Made by a program: the position numbers and the translations under genes
Notes under the pieces: model-generated
What the model saw: only the letters and a program-made list of their open reading frames with translations
What the model was told of the DNA's origin: nothing
Database searches by the model: none
In this document: one piece after another, positions 1-8,510 of the stretch
Position numbering within the stretch: position 1 is the first letter of the stretch
Layout of the letters: each line of letters opens with the position of its first letter
Source: Candidatus Woesearchaeota archaeon
GTDB lineage: Archaea > Nanobdellota > Nanobdellia > Woesearchaeales > UBA10216
Direction of reading: 5' to 3'
DNA: 64,000 nucleotides
NCBI GenBank assembly: GCA_016180065.1
Contig: JACPBY010000002.1
Location: 2,214-66,213, forward strand

Positions 1-2
1 GG

Positions 3-422
3 CCGCTAAATATCTTCGCACTGAGGCAGCTCCAGAAGCAAGTGGCTGGCGAACTGGGAATCCCTGCTGGAAGCCTTGTCAATATTTCAGTGTCAGCCCA
101 CATTTACGAAAGCAACTGGAAAGCGGCGGAAGAACTTGTGGGGAAGCATCATAGGGGAAGGATGATGCGGCTTGACGAGGACCCAAGAGGGTTTTTTGTA
201 ATCAAGGTTGAGAAAGGCGAGATAATTGCAGAGCACAGGCTGAAGGACGGAAGAAAGACAAGATACGAGTTCAGGGGGAATAGGGCAGAGGAAATCTACA
301 GGAGAATACTAAACGAGAACCTGATATCAATGCTTGACCACGCCGCATATTTAGGAAAAGAGCTAGCAAGGGCTGAGATTGCGCTGAAAGAAGGCAGGAA
401 TTACGTCCAGGAGAAAGCGTAG
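3..422 (+). CDS. Thymidylate synthase-like protein, C-terminal part fused to a DUF4346-like module (5' end outside the window)
   Basis: Frame 3 is open from the window edge. PLNIFALRQLQKQVAGELGIPAGSLVNISVSAHIYESNW aligns with the ThyA segment PFNIASYALL...GDTHLYSNH. The last ~85 aa share DPxGFF, AEEIY, AYLGxELxxAEIA and YVQ motifs with the C-terminus of the 60425-61006 protein. The GTG at 42 is internal. Confidence 0.6.
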   Translation, partial: PLNIFALRQLQKQVAGELGIPAGSLVNISVSAHIYESNWKAAEELVGKHHRGRMMRLDEDPRGFFVIKVEKGEIIAEHRLKDGRKTRYEFRGNRAEEIYRRILNENLISMLDHAAYLGKELARAEIALKEGRNYVQEKA

Positions 423-427
423 CTTAC

Positions 428-436
428 TTTTTGTTT
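428..436 (+). terminator. Oligo-T tract just after the stop codon (archaeal-type terminator candidate)
   Basis: TTTTTGTTT begins 6 nt after the TAG at 420-422. Confidence 0.3.
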
Positions 437-566
437 AGGTTAAAAAGAGATGAGAAGGCATGTTGCTGATGCGCCTGACTTTGACACTGTCCTCGCAGAA
501 ATAAGAGCAGCTATGCGTTAAAACGAGGCGCAAGGGCTGATTCACATACTCGCTTTAAGAAAATAT

Positions 567-609
567 AGACAACTGCGTAGCTTATGTCACATCTTGTACG
601 CAGTTGTCT
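567..609. repeat. Hairpin element A (13-bp perfect stem, 17-nt loop)
   Basis: AGACAACTGCGTA (567-579) and TACGCAGTTGTCT (597-609) are exact reverse complements. The loop is GCTTATGTCACATCTTG. Confidence 0.85.
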
Positions 610-610
610 G

Positions 611-657
611 ATAGTGAACTGCGCCTCTTCAGTCACATAACCTGCGCAGTTCACTAT
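611..657. repeat. Hairpin element B (14-bp perfect stem, 19-nt loop)
   Basis: ATAGTGAACTGCGC (611-624) and GCGCAGTTCACTAT (644-657) are exact reverse complements. The loop CTCTTCAGTCACATAACCT shares GTCACAT with element A. Confidence 0.85.
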
Positions 658-670
658 ATGAACAGCAAAA

Positions 671-1276
671 TCAAGAAGAAAATGGAAGGGCAAAACGGTC
701 GAGTGCAGACTCCAAAGCTGATTTCATAAGTTCAGCTTTCGGCGGCACTTTAACCCGAACAGCTCCGTTTGCTTCCTCGACATAAATATCTTTACCTGTA
801 TGCAGGTATGACGCCCTATGCATACCCTCTTCAGCTGGCAAGTCTTTTACAAAATAAATCGGGACACGAACTGCATGCGATTCCAAAATGGGCGGGCCTG
901 CAGCCAGTCTTAGCGGGTAGCCGCTGGCAGTCATAATGAGAGGAATGCTGTCCTGCACTTCATCTGCCAAGCTTGGCAGGCACTTTTCAGCGCGCCGCCG
1001 CGCCTCTTGCATTTTTTCATATTCTCCTGTTGAAGGAACGGCCATGTAAACTTTTTGGACAAGCGCCTCTGCTTCAGAAGGTTTTAGACCTTCTGCTGCG
1101 GCTGAAGCTAAAGCTTCGCCAATAACTTCCTGAGGTATTTCCTCGCGCTTAAGATAAAACAACATGCCTCCTACTATTCGATTATAGCGAGCTAAACATT
1201 CTTCTGGTGTAAGCCTTGGCCCAGATCTGGCCAGAATTTCTTCTATTTCTCTTCTCACATTGTCATCAAGCGGCAT
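671..1276 (-). CDS. Hypothetical protein (201 aa)
   Basis: Uninterrupted ORF with an ATG start 1 nt after the stop of the mini-ORF at 1278-1322. No family recognised. Confidence 0.6.
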   Translation of the reverse strand: MPLDDNVRREIEEILARSGPRLTPEECLARYNRIVGGMLFYLKREEIPQEVIGEALASAAAEGLKPSEAEALVQKVYMAVPSTGEYEKMQEARRRAEKCLPSLADEVQDSIPLIMTASGYPLRLAAGPPILESHAVRVPIYFVKDLPAEEGMHRASYLHTGKDIYVEEANGAVRVKVPPKAELMKSALESALDRFALPFSS

Positions 1277-1277
1277 C

Positions 1278-1322
1278 TTACACCTTCAAACTAACCACGT
1301 TGGACATCCCATTCTCATCCAT
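1278..1322 (-). other. Ghost copy of the smc 3' coding terminus (mini-ORF MDENGMSNVVSLKV*)
   Basis: The reverse strand reads ATGGATGAGAATGGGATGTCCAACGTGGTTAGTTTGAAGGTGTAA. Its amino acids are identical to the last 14 codons of smc (1371-1415). The first 23 nt are identical; the remaining 7 sense codons and the stop all differ by synonymous changes. Confidence 0.85.
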
Positions 1323-1349
1323 ACAACCTTTTTGTTCGTTGCGACTCAC

Positions 1350-1368
1350 AAAAAGCTTGACCAAAAAA
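1350..1368 (-). terminator. Oligo-T tracts directly downstream of the smc stop
   Basis: The minus strand reads TAG-CGTTTTTTGGTCAAGCTTTTTGTG (a T6 and a T5 run). Confidence 0.4.
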
Positions 1369-1370
1369 CG

Positions 1371-4300
1371 CTAAACTTTCAGGCTTACGACATTGGACAT
1401 CCCATTCTCATCCATGCTTACACCATACAGCGATTCGCCTTCGGACATGATTGCGTCGTTGTGGCTTATGGCGATGTACTGCGCCTTGGCAGAATAGCTC
1501 TTGAGCAGCTTTGCAAGCAGCTCTGAGTTGCGCTTGTCAAGGGCTGCGTCAACCTCGTCAATGATGTAGAATGATGCAGGCTCGTACTCCTGTATTGCGA
1601 AGATTAACGCAAGGGCTGTGAGGGTTTTCTCCCCTCCTGACAGGCTTCGGATGTCAAGGAACTTCTCGCCTGCCAGCCTCACCCTAATCCTGACTCCGGC
1701 TTCAAACAGCTTTTCCTCGTTTTCTATTACAAGATGGGCTTCGCCCTTTGTTGAAAGCTGCGAGAATATCCTTGCAAAGTTCTGGTTCAAAACCGTAAAG
1801 GAGTTCATGAACAGGTCCTTCTTCCTGCCTTCAATCTCATTTATCATCTTAAGCACATCATCCTTCTCCCTGGCAAGCTTGTCCTTCTTGTCAAGAAGCT
1901 CGCTATACTGCTTCTCAACATCATCATAGATTTCAAGGGCCTTCAGGTTGACATTGCCCATCTCAATGACAAGCCGTTCAAACCTCGAAATCTCGCCCTT
2001 AATCTGGTCTTCAGAAACGCCTTCAAGCAGCTTTACATCCGCATACTGCGAGAATTCCTCGTTAAGGCCGGCAAGCTCGGCAGAAACCTCTGCTTTCTTA
2101 ATGGAAATGTTATTAATCCTGATTTCAGCACTGTTAATCTGCTCCTCTTTCCGGATAATCTTCTCGTCATCAGCCTGGACTTCTTCCATGAGCTTTGTAC
2201 GGCTTGCAAACAGCTCCTTGTGGCGGGCCTGGAACTTTGCTGCCTTTGCCTCGCTCTCTGATAGGTCCTTGCGGAGCTTTTCTGTTTCTTTCACCAAGCG
2301 GTCTTTCTCTGCCGAGAAGTGCTCCTCATCCTTGCCGAGCTGCTTAAGGATTTGCAGCAGCTTGGCTTTTTCCTGGCTGAAAACCTCATTGAGCTGGACT
2401 TCAATTGTCCTGGACTCATTTTCAGAGCGCTGGATTTGCTCGGAAAGCTCCTGCTTCCTTTTATCAAAGGCGTTAAGCTCAGCAAGGAAGGCAGGGTTTC
2501 GCAAGCTGGCAATCTGCTCCCTTGCCTGCATCCGCCTGGACTTCAGCTCTGCCACAAGCCTGGTTTGCCCAAGCAGCCTGTCCTCGGCTTCCCTGAGCTT
2601 GCTGATTACTGACTTCAGCTCTTCCTGGAGCTCCTGCTTCTGCTTCTTTGAAACATCCACGTCTGAGGACTCAAGGTGCAGGCTGCGCTCCATCTTTATG
2701 ATATCACCTTCAAGGGCGGCTTTCTTCTCCCTCAGGGATGCGATAGCTGCTTCGGCAGTTTCCTTTTCCTGTTCAAGCCCGGTGGTTTCAGCTGCCAGTG
2801 CGGCAAGCTTGTGCTCAAGCTGGCCTGCAACCAGGGTTTCTTCCTCATCAAGAAAGCTTGTTGACTCTGCCCTGCGTTCCCGATAGCCGCCATGCATTGC
2901 ACCTGAAAGCTCGGCAAGGTCGCCATCAAGCGAAACCATCCTTGCCCTTCCAATCCCGATTTTCCTCGCGACTTCAATTGAATCAACAGCAATTGTGCTG
3001 CCAAAAACATACGAAAATGCAGGCTTGAACCGCTCATCAAAGCTTATCAGGCTGATGGCAAGGCCGTGGACTCCCGGCAGCTTCAGCAAGCCAGCAATAT
3101 CACTGCGGCCCTCTGCCTGCCTTATCTTGTTTAATGGAAGAAACGATGCTGTGCCAATCCTTTTTGACTTAAGAAAGCTGATGCACTCTGCCGCCACGGC
3201 ATCGCTCTCCACGATAATGCTGTTTATTCGCGGGCCTGCTGCAACTTCCAGTGCAAGAGCGTACTTCGCCTTTGCCTTGCCGAGCTGCGAAACTGTCCCG
3301 TGAACGCCCCTTATTGACTTTTGCGAAAGGACTGACTTGACAGCAAGGTTGCCCAGAACCCGCTCCTGAACAGCTGCTTCCTTTGCCCGGGCCTTGGCAA
3401 CCTCTTCACTTAACGCTGAGATGCGCTTCCTGTTCTCGCCAAGCTTCGCAGACACCATGGAATCCTTTGCGAGAAGCTGGTTAAGCTCCAGCACGACTTT
3501 CTTAAAATCATTTCTCCGCTGCTGCAACTCATCAATCTCATTCTTGCTCTCCTTCTCAACCACCTTAAGCTTTTCCATTGAGGAATCAATAGTGTTAATC
3601 CTGAACTCAAGCCTGTCTTTCTCCCTGAGAAGGTTCTGCTTCTGCTCCACCATTGACTGCATAAGCAGCTGCTTTTCTTCAACTTCCTTGTCTATAGCTC
3701 CAAGCTCAGCCTCAATCCGCACCAGGTCCGCAGAGTCAACAGAGCCTCGCAGCTTCTGAATGCTGGCTTCAAGCCTTTCCCTGTCAGCAGAAAGCTTTTG
3801 CACCTGCGCTGCAAGGGACCGCTTTGACTCCTCAAGCTGTGAAACCCGGGACTCAAGCTCAGAAAGGTCAATCTTGAGCTGCTCCCGCCTCTCTCTTACC
3901 TTGACAATCTCGCCATCATCAAGTGAAATCCTGTTGGCGTTTGTGCCAATCGCAACCCTTATTTGCTCGATGTTCCGGTGAATCGTCACCTGCTCCTGCT
4001 CAGCCTTATGCTCAAGCTCCTCGTTAAGCTGCGAGATTTCCTCCTTCCTTTTGACAACAGCAAGGCGAAGCTTTCCAATTTCTGCTTTCAAGCCAGCGAT
4101 GTCCTTCTCACTGGCTGCAATCCCTTTCTCAACCTCAGACTTTTTTGCCTCTCGCTGCCTTATCTGGAGATTCAGATATGTTGCCTTGTTAGACCTTACC
4201 CTGTCATTAAGCTCCCTGTACTTCAGAGCCTGGTCGCGGTCGTGCTTAAGCTCTTTCAAATGCGCTTTGCGCTCGCTCAGCAGTATGTCTGCTTCCTTCA

Positions 4301-4865
4301 AACGCTCATCAACCTTTTGCAACTCACTGAGCGCCTTGTTCTTTTTGTCTTCGTAGACAGAGATGCCGGCTATTTCCTCAATAACCTGCCTTCTTTCCTC
4401 GGAAGACATCTCCACAAACCGCACTATATCTCCCTGAAGAACGATGTTGTGGCCATCAGGGTCTATCTTTGCCAAGGCCAGAAGGTCAAGAATCTCCTGC
4501 CGGGTGCTGGCCTTGTCGTTTATCCTGTAAGAGCTCTGGCCGGTAGGCTTGATAATCCTGCTAACCTTAACCATCTGCTCAGGGTAAGGAAAAACTTTTT
4601 TGCTGTTGTCAAAGAAAATGCTTACTTCTGCCTTGGCTGCAGGCTGCTTGGTCTTGCCGCCGTTATAAATCAGGTGGGCAAGCTTCTCTGTGCGAAGCTC
4701 CTTGCTGCTAATCCTGCCGAGGACAAAACAAAGGCTGTCCAAAATGTTGCTTTTACCCGAGCCGTTGGGGCCAAGTATTACTGAGAAGTTGTCGTCGAAA
4801 AGCAGTTCCGTCCTCTTCGCAAAGGACTTGAAGCCATGCAAGACAAGTTTTGAAATGCGCGTCAT
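1371..4865 (-). CDS. smc: Chromosome segregation protein SMC
   Basis: 1164 aa. N-terminal Walker A (ILGPNGSGKSN), long heptad-rich arms flanking a hinge, C-terminal signature LSGGEKTLTALALIFAIQ and Walker B FYIIDEVDAALD. Confidence 0.95.
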   Translation of the reverse strand: MTRISKLVLHGFKSFAKRTELLFDDNFSVILGPNGSGKSNILDSLCFVLGRISSKELRTEKLAHLIYNGGKTKQPAAKAEVSIFFDNSKKVFPYPEQMVKVSRIIKPTGQSSYRINDKASTRQEILDLLALAKIDPDGHNIVLQGDIVRFVEMSSEERRQVIEEIAGISVYEDKKNKALSELQKVDERLKEADILLSERKAHLKELKHDRDQALKYRELNDRVRSNKATYLNLQIRQREAKKSEVEKGIAASEKDIAGLKAEIGKLRLAVVKRKEEISQLNEELEHKAEQEQVTIHRNIEQIRVAIGTNANRISLDDGEIVKVRERREQLKIDLSELESRVSQLEESKRSLAAQVQKLSADRERLEASIQKLRGSVDSADLVRIEAELGAIDKEVEEKQLLMQSMVEQKQNLLREKDRLEFRINTIDSSMEKLKVVEKESKNEIDELQQRRNDFKKVVLELNQLLAKDSMVSAKLGENRKRISALSEEVAKARAKEAAVQERVLGNLAVKSVLSQKSIRGVHGTVSQLGKAKAKYALALEVAAGPRINSIIVESDAVAAECISFLKSKRIGTASFLPLNKIRQAEGRSDIAGLLKLPGVHGLAISLISFDERFKPAFSYVFGSTIAVDSIEVARKIGIGRARMVSLDGDLAELSGAMHGGYRERRAESTSFLDEEETLVAGQLEHKLAALAAETTGLEQEKETAEAAIASLREKKAALEGDIIKMERSLHLESSDVDVSKKQKQELQEELKSVISKLREAEDRLLGQTRLVAELKSRRMQAREQIASLRNPAFLAELNAFDKRKQELSEQIQRSENESRTIEVQLNEVFSQEKAKLLQILKQLGKDEEHFSAEKDRLVKETEKLRKDLSESEAKAAKFQARHKELFASRTKLMEEVQADDEKIIRKEEQINSAEIRINNISIKKAEVSAELAGLNEEFSQYADVKLLEGVSEDQIKGEISRFERLVIEMGNVNLKALEIYDDVEKQYSELLDKKDKLAREKDDVLKMINEIEGRKKDLFMNSFTVLNQNFARIFSQLSTKGEAHLVIENEEKLFEAGVRIRVRLAGEKFLDIRSLSGGEKTLTALALIFAIQEYEPASFYIIDEVDAALDKRNSELLAKLLKSYSAKAQYIAISHNDAIMSEGESLYGVSMDENGMSNVVSLKV

Positions 4866-4950
4866 TACGAAGAGAGCCTAATAAAGAGGCGGTTTAAATT
4901 GTTTTCTCTCCTGAATAGCCATACAAAAATAAGAAAAAGAGAGAAGGGCC

Positions 4951-6657
4951 TCAGCCCCTTCCCCTGCCACGGCCGCTGCCTTCATTCCCTGCTTCACCTT
5001 CAGCAGCCCTGCCTCTGGCTTCGCCCTCGTCTTCATCGTTGCCGTCTTCAGGCTTGTCAGCGCCCCTTCTCCTGTCGGACAGCTCATCCTCATCTTCATC
5101 ACCTGCGCTGTCTTCCATTTCCACCTTTGCAAGGGCTTTTACCTCATCTACAGACAATCCTGTTCTTGCAGCTATTTCGCTGAAAACTGCAGCCTCGCCA
5201 GTGAAAGGCAGGCTGAACCTGAGCTTGCTGCCACCAACTTCAACCTTGACCTTTGCAATGCCATCCTCAACCTCCACTTCAATCTCCCTCTCGTCAGGCT
5301 CGCCCCGCTCATTCCCTTCCCTCACTTCTCCTGAGAGGGCCTTTTCCAGGTCTGCCATGGTCAAGGAGGACAGCCTGCTGAATATTCCGTCAACAATGGC
5401 TGCCCGGTCTGAAGTGTTCAAGGGGAATTCCAGCTCAAACCTGGCCTCGGCAACACCTTCCCTTATCCTGACTTCTGTCCTTAGCCTATTCCTGAGCTGT
5501 TCCTGCCCGTTCTCTATTTCAAGAAGCCCGTTTATGTCATCTTTAGCAAGCTTCACCATTGATAACAGCTCATCCAGTACTGCAGACCTGTTTGTTGAAG
5601 CTGTTGTAAATCTAACTTCAACCTTTACTTCTGCATCATTGTTGAAGGCTTCTGCCGTTATCTTAACTCTCTCATCACCATCTCCCCTGCCCCGCCTGCC
5701 AGAATCACCTATGCTGGCTGACAGAGAACGCTCAAGCAGCCTCTCCGCGTTCTTGGCAAGCTGCTCGGCAGCCTGAGCCTGGCCAAAGGCTTCGCCAAAG
5801 TCGCCAGCCGTGAAGGCTGTCTGGGCATCGGCAAGCTTCTGCTCAGCCAATGATATGAGCTCGCTCACTGCGGTTGTGTTTGTCATGTTTGTGACCGCTG
5901 CCTTTGCCTTGGCTTCAGCAAGCTCCTCAGTTGCATCCCGAATCTGGTCACTTGCCTTCTCTTTTCTCAACTCAGGCAAACCAGCTCGTTCCTCAAGCTC
6001 ATTTACCTTCTGTTCAATTTCAACCTCTGACCTGCCTCCATCTGACCTTATCCTTACCTTAATGCTGTTTTTTTCGCCCTGAATCTCAGCCTTAACCCTG
6101 CCCGTCTGGTTTTGCAAAAGATTCATCAGGGAGTCAACAAGCGAAAGCTGGCTCTCTGCAACATTGCCTTTAACTTCAAGCTTCACCCTTAATCCATCCC
6201 TGACCTGCTCAATTACCTTTTCGTGCTTCTCAAGCTCTGCCTCAAGCTCAATTTCCTTCTCAAGGGCAGCATCTGAATCGCCCCTTGACAGGCTTCGGAC
6301 TGAGCTTCTCACAGTTTCCAACGCCTTATCATGCCCTGACTGGGAGACCTGTGCGGCAGCAAGCTTGCCATCCGCAATCATTTCCTCGGTCTCAGCGAGC
6401 CTTTCCTGGGCTATATGCAATGCCCTGTCAGCTTTTTTCTCCTTATCAAAAGTCAATGCCAGGCCGATACTGTCAAACATTCTGTCAAAAACGTGCAGAG
6501 CGCTGTCTGGATTAACGCCTGCTTTCACATTATCCTCAAACACCGCTGCATCATCTGCCACCGAATGGGCAAAAACCCCCTGCGGCGCCAAAAACATTGC
6601 CAAAACCAGCAAAGGCATAAACAACGCTGCGAACCTTCCGAACTTTTGCTTTTTCAT
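4951..6657 (-). CDS. Secreted DUF5667-like coiled-coil protein with an acidic C-terminal tail
   Basis: Signal peptide MKKQKFGRFAALFMPLLVLAMFLAPQGVFA. VKAGVNPDSALHVFDRMFDSIGLALTFDKEKKADRALHIAQERLAE fits the DUF5667 pattern. The tail carries DRRRGADKPED, which is shared with the paralog at 20499-21965. A strong AGGAGG lies upstream of the ATG. Confidence 0.75.
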   Translation of the reverse strand: MKKQKFGRFAALFMPLLVLAMFLAPQGVFAHSVADDAAVFEDNVKAGVNPDSALHVFDRMFDSIGLALTFDKEKKADRALHIAQERLAETEEMIADGKLAAAQVSQSGHDKALETVRSSVRSLSRGDSDAALEKEIELEAELEKHEKVIEQVRDGLRVKLEVKGNVAESQLSLVDSLMNLLQNQTGRVKAEIQGEKNSIKVRIRSDGGRSEVEIEQKVNELEERAGLPELRKEKASDQIRDATEELAEAKAKAAVTNMTNTTAVSELISLAEQKLADAQTAFTAGDFGEAFGQAQAAEQLAKNAERLLERSLSASIGDSGRRGRGDGDERVKITAEAFNNDAEVKVEVRFTTASTNRSAVLDELLSMVKLAKDDINGLLEIENGQEQLRNRLRTEVRIREGVAEARFELEFPLNTSDRAAIVDGIFSRLSSLTMADLEKALSGEVREGNERGEPDEREIEVEVEDGIAKVKVEVGGSKLRFSLPFTGEAAVFSEIAARTGLSVDEVKALAKVEMEDSAGDEDEDELSDRRRGADKPEDGNDEDEGEARGRAAEGEAGNEGSGRGRGRG

Positions 6658-6809
6658 TTTACATCATCCTCCTGTTGGTTGCTAACAATTACCCCCGCAT
6701 CCCCGAATGCCACATGCAGGGCATGGCGGGAGATTAAAAACAGCCCTGGTTCCGAAGCCCAGAACATTTCTATGCTGATTGTTTTGCCCGATTCTTTGCA
6801 TTTCATCAT
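6654..6809 (-). CDS. Small ORF (51 aa) translationally coupled to the DUF5667-like gene
   Basis: I translated it by hand as MMKCKESGKTISIEMFWASEPGLFLISRHALHVAFGDAGVIVSNQQEDDVK*. Its TGA overlaps the downstream ATG (ATGA). The FWxSxPGLFL motif recurs in the ORF at 21949-22212, which sits upstream of the other DUF5667 gene. Confidence 0.45.
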   Translation of the reverse strand: MMKCKESGKTISIEMFWASEPGLFLISRHALHVAFGDAGVIVSNQQEDDVK

Positions 6810-6890
6810 GAAGCTTAGTAGGTGAGGCAAGTATTTAATTAATCCCTGAAACTGCCTGAAACAAGGTGATACAACCAGAAAACAAGCTAC

Positions 6891-7805
6891 TCAAGGCCTC
6901 TTGAGCCGGATTTTGTTGGCGTTTCCAAACGGGATTTTTTCTATAAGGCCTTTTTGCTCAAGGCTCCTGAGCTTCCTTGACAGCTTAACCTTTGAAATGC
7001 TAGCTTTAATTTCAAGCTGTTTCTGCCAAAGCCCTTCCTCACCAGAAGAGGAAAGAAGCTCAACAATTTTCTTCTCGTCATCAAAAAGATTCCTTGTGAG
7101 GGCAGAATCCTGAGCTTGCAATGTAGAAACTTTTGGAGAGGCTAATTGCTTCCTGCGATAAATGTAAAAGCCGGCAAGCCCTGCCAAAACCAGAACGACG
7201 AGAACAACAGGCAAAGAAGAGCTTTTATTTGCCGGGCTGTAAATCACAAGGATTGAGTTGCCGTTCTGGAAGTCTTCTTCCGTCCACCACACCTTAATCC
7301 TTTTGCCGTCGGTGCTTACCTCCCCTGTCAAGGGAACAATGGAGCGGCCAGCCTCAAGCTCATACTTGAGAGTCGCCCTTTCCGGCAGCGTGACAGAAAC
7401 AGACTTTTTTGGCGCATCTACCTGAGCAACGTCTGAAACAAAAAAGACAGTGTTTCCCGATTGCTGAAGGAGAGAGTCGGTTGCATAGCTGATTCTTATG
7501 CTTCCAAACCCGCCATTCCTGAAAACAAGCTTCCTTGAATCCTTCAGCTCTGCTATCTCAAAATAGGAAGGGGATGTTTCAACCAAAACAGCATCTTTCG
7601 GGAGAAGCCACTCAAAATATGAAACGTTCCCGCCAAATGAAAAAGCCAGGTCTGTGTAGGCTTTGCCGTCCAGGATGTCATAGCTTGCAGAGTATCCCTG
7701 CATCTCGGCAGACGCTGCTGTTGCAAGTGCTGAAAACAGCAGCAGAACTGCAACAATGGCAGATACCTGCCTTATGAGCTCCATGCAGGGCAATATAGCT
7801 GACAT
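6891..7805 (-). CDS. Membrane-spanning protein with a C-terminal MarR-like winged-helix domain
   Basis: N-terminal hydrophobic signal or anchor, a ~190-aa beta-rich outside domain, and a TM segment (LPVVLVVLVLAGLAGFYIY). The C-terminal part, EKKIVELLSSSGEEGLWQKQLEIKASISKVKLSRKLRSLEQKGLIEKIPFGNANKIRL, is typical of a wHTH. Confidence 0.7.
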   Translation of the reverse strand: MSAILPCMELIRQVSAIVAVLLLFSALATAASAEMQGYSASYDILDGKAYTDLAFSFGGNVSYFEWLLPKDAVLVETSPSYFEIAELKDSRKLVFRNGGFGSIRISYATDSLLQQSGNTVFFVSDVAQVDAPKKSVSVTLPERATLKYELEAGRSIVPLTGEVSTDGKRIKVWWTEEDFQNGNSILVIYSPANKSSSLPVVLVVLVLAGLAGFYIYRRKQLASPKVSTLQAQDSALTRNLFDDEKKIVELLSSSGEEGLWQKQLEIKASISKVKLSRKLRSLEQKGLIEKIPFGNANKIRLKRP

Positions 7806-7834
7806 CGTATAAATATGTTTCCAGCGTCCGAAGC

Positions 7835-8137
7835 CTAGCCTTGCACCACACTCAGCTGCTTTTTCAGCCTCGGCAGCACCTTCTTAACAACGAAAGCGCT
7901 AAACCTGTTATGGACTTCCTTGTTAATGACCTGCGTATCTGTGACTGTGAAAACATGCACCCCTGCATAAGCCTCCTTCTGGGCATGCCTCAGGCTGACA
8001 GGGACAGGCAGGCAGTACCTCCAGAAATCAAAAAAGACATGCCACTTATCCTGCCCATCAACCTTCAAAGCTATGCCTTCCAAGTCATGGCCATCCTCAT
8101 AATAGCCAAGGTGCAGGTGCTTGTCTTCGTAGCTCAT
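7835..8137 (-). CDS. Hypothetical protein (100 aa)
   Basis: ORF packed tightly between neighbouring genes on the same strand. No family recognised. Confidence 0.5.
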   Translation of the reverse strand: MSYEDKHLHLGYYEDGHDLEGIALKVDGQDKWHVFFDFWRYCLPVPVSLRHAQKEAYAGVHVFTVTDTQVINKEVHNRFSAFVVKKVLPRLKKQLSVVQG

Positions 8138-8143
8138 AGTGCA

Positions 8144-8506
8144 TTACCCCTCATACCGTCTCTTCGGAAGCTCAGGCTTTTGCTGCTGCTCTTCAATTGC
8201 TTGAATCTTGTAGAGAAGCTCGTCTGCCTTGTGGTGTGCATTGACTCCGAGTCCTATCAGATATAAGCCGTATCCAACCACAGCGCCTCCCAAAGCAATA
8301 GGAAATAGTTCAAACGCGATTGAAGTGGAGTATGGAACATCCTTAGCTATACGGTTTAATGCGCCCAGAATGGGCAGCCCGGCTACTGCTGCACCGAAAG
8401 CGGTCGCGCCAAACCCGGCCATAGTAGCGATTGTTCCTGATTTCAGCCACCATTTCTTTTCCTTCTCTAACGCTTCAACTTCCCCGACCTTATCTTCAAG
8501 TGCCAC
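8144..8506 (-). CDS. Hypothetical membrane protein (120 aa)
   Basis: Two Gly/Ala-rich hydrophobic segments and a GTG start, in operon-like spacing with its neighbours. Confidence 0.5.
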   Translation of the reverse strand: MALEDKVGEVEALEKEKKWWLKSGTIATMAGFGATAFGAAVAGLPILGALNRIAKDVPYSTSIAFELFPIALGGAVVGYGLYLIGLGVNAHHKADELLYKIQAIEEQQQKPELPKRRYEG

Positions 8507-8510
8507 AATC

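Noticed and set aside
511-693. 60-aa minus-strand ORF covering the tandem hairpins
   Set aside because: Its sequence is dictated by the two palindromes. It overlaps the 3' end of the 201-aa gene and has no coding features.
1618-4784. Several long plus-strand ORFs (e.g. 1948-2886 at 312 aa, 3963-4784 at 273 aa) antisense to smc
   Set aside because: They are Ser/Leu/Phe-rich mirror frames of a Glu/Lys/Leu-rich coiled-coil gene with no motifs. smc is unambiguous on the opposite strand.
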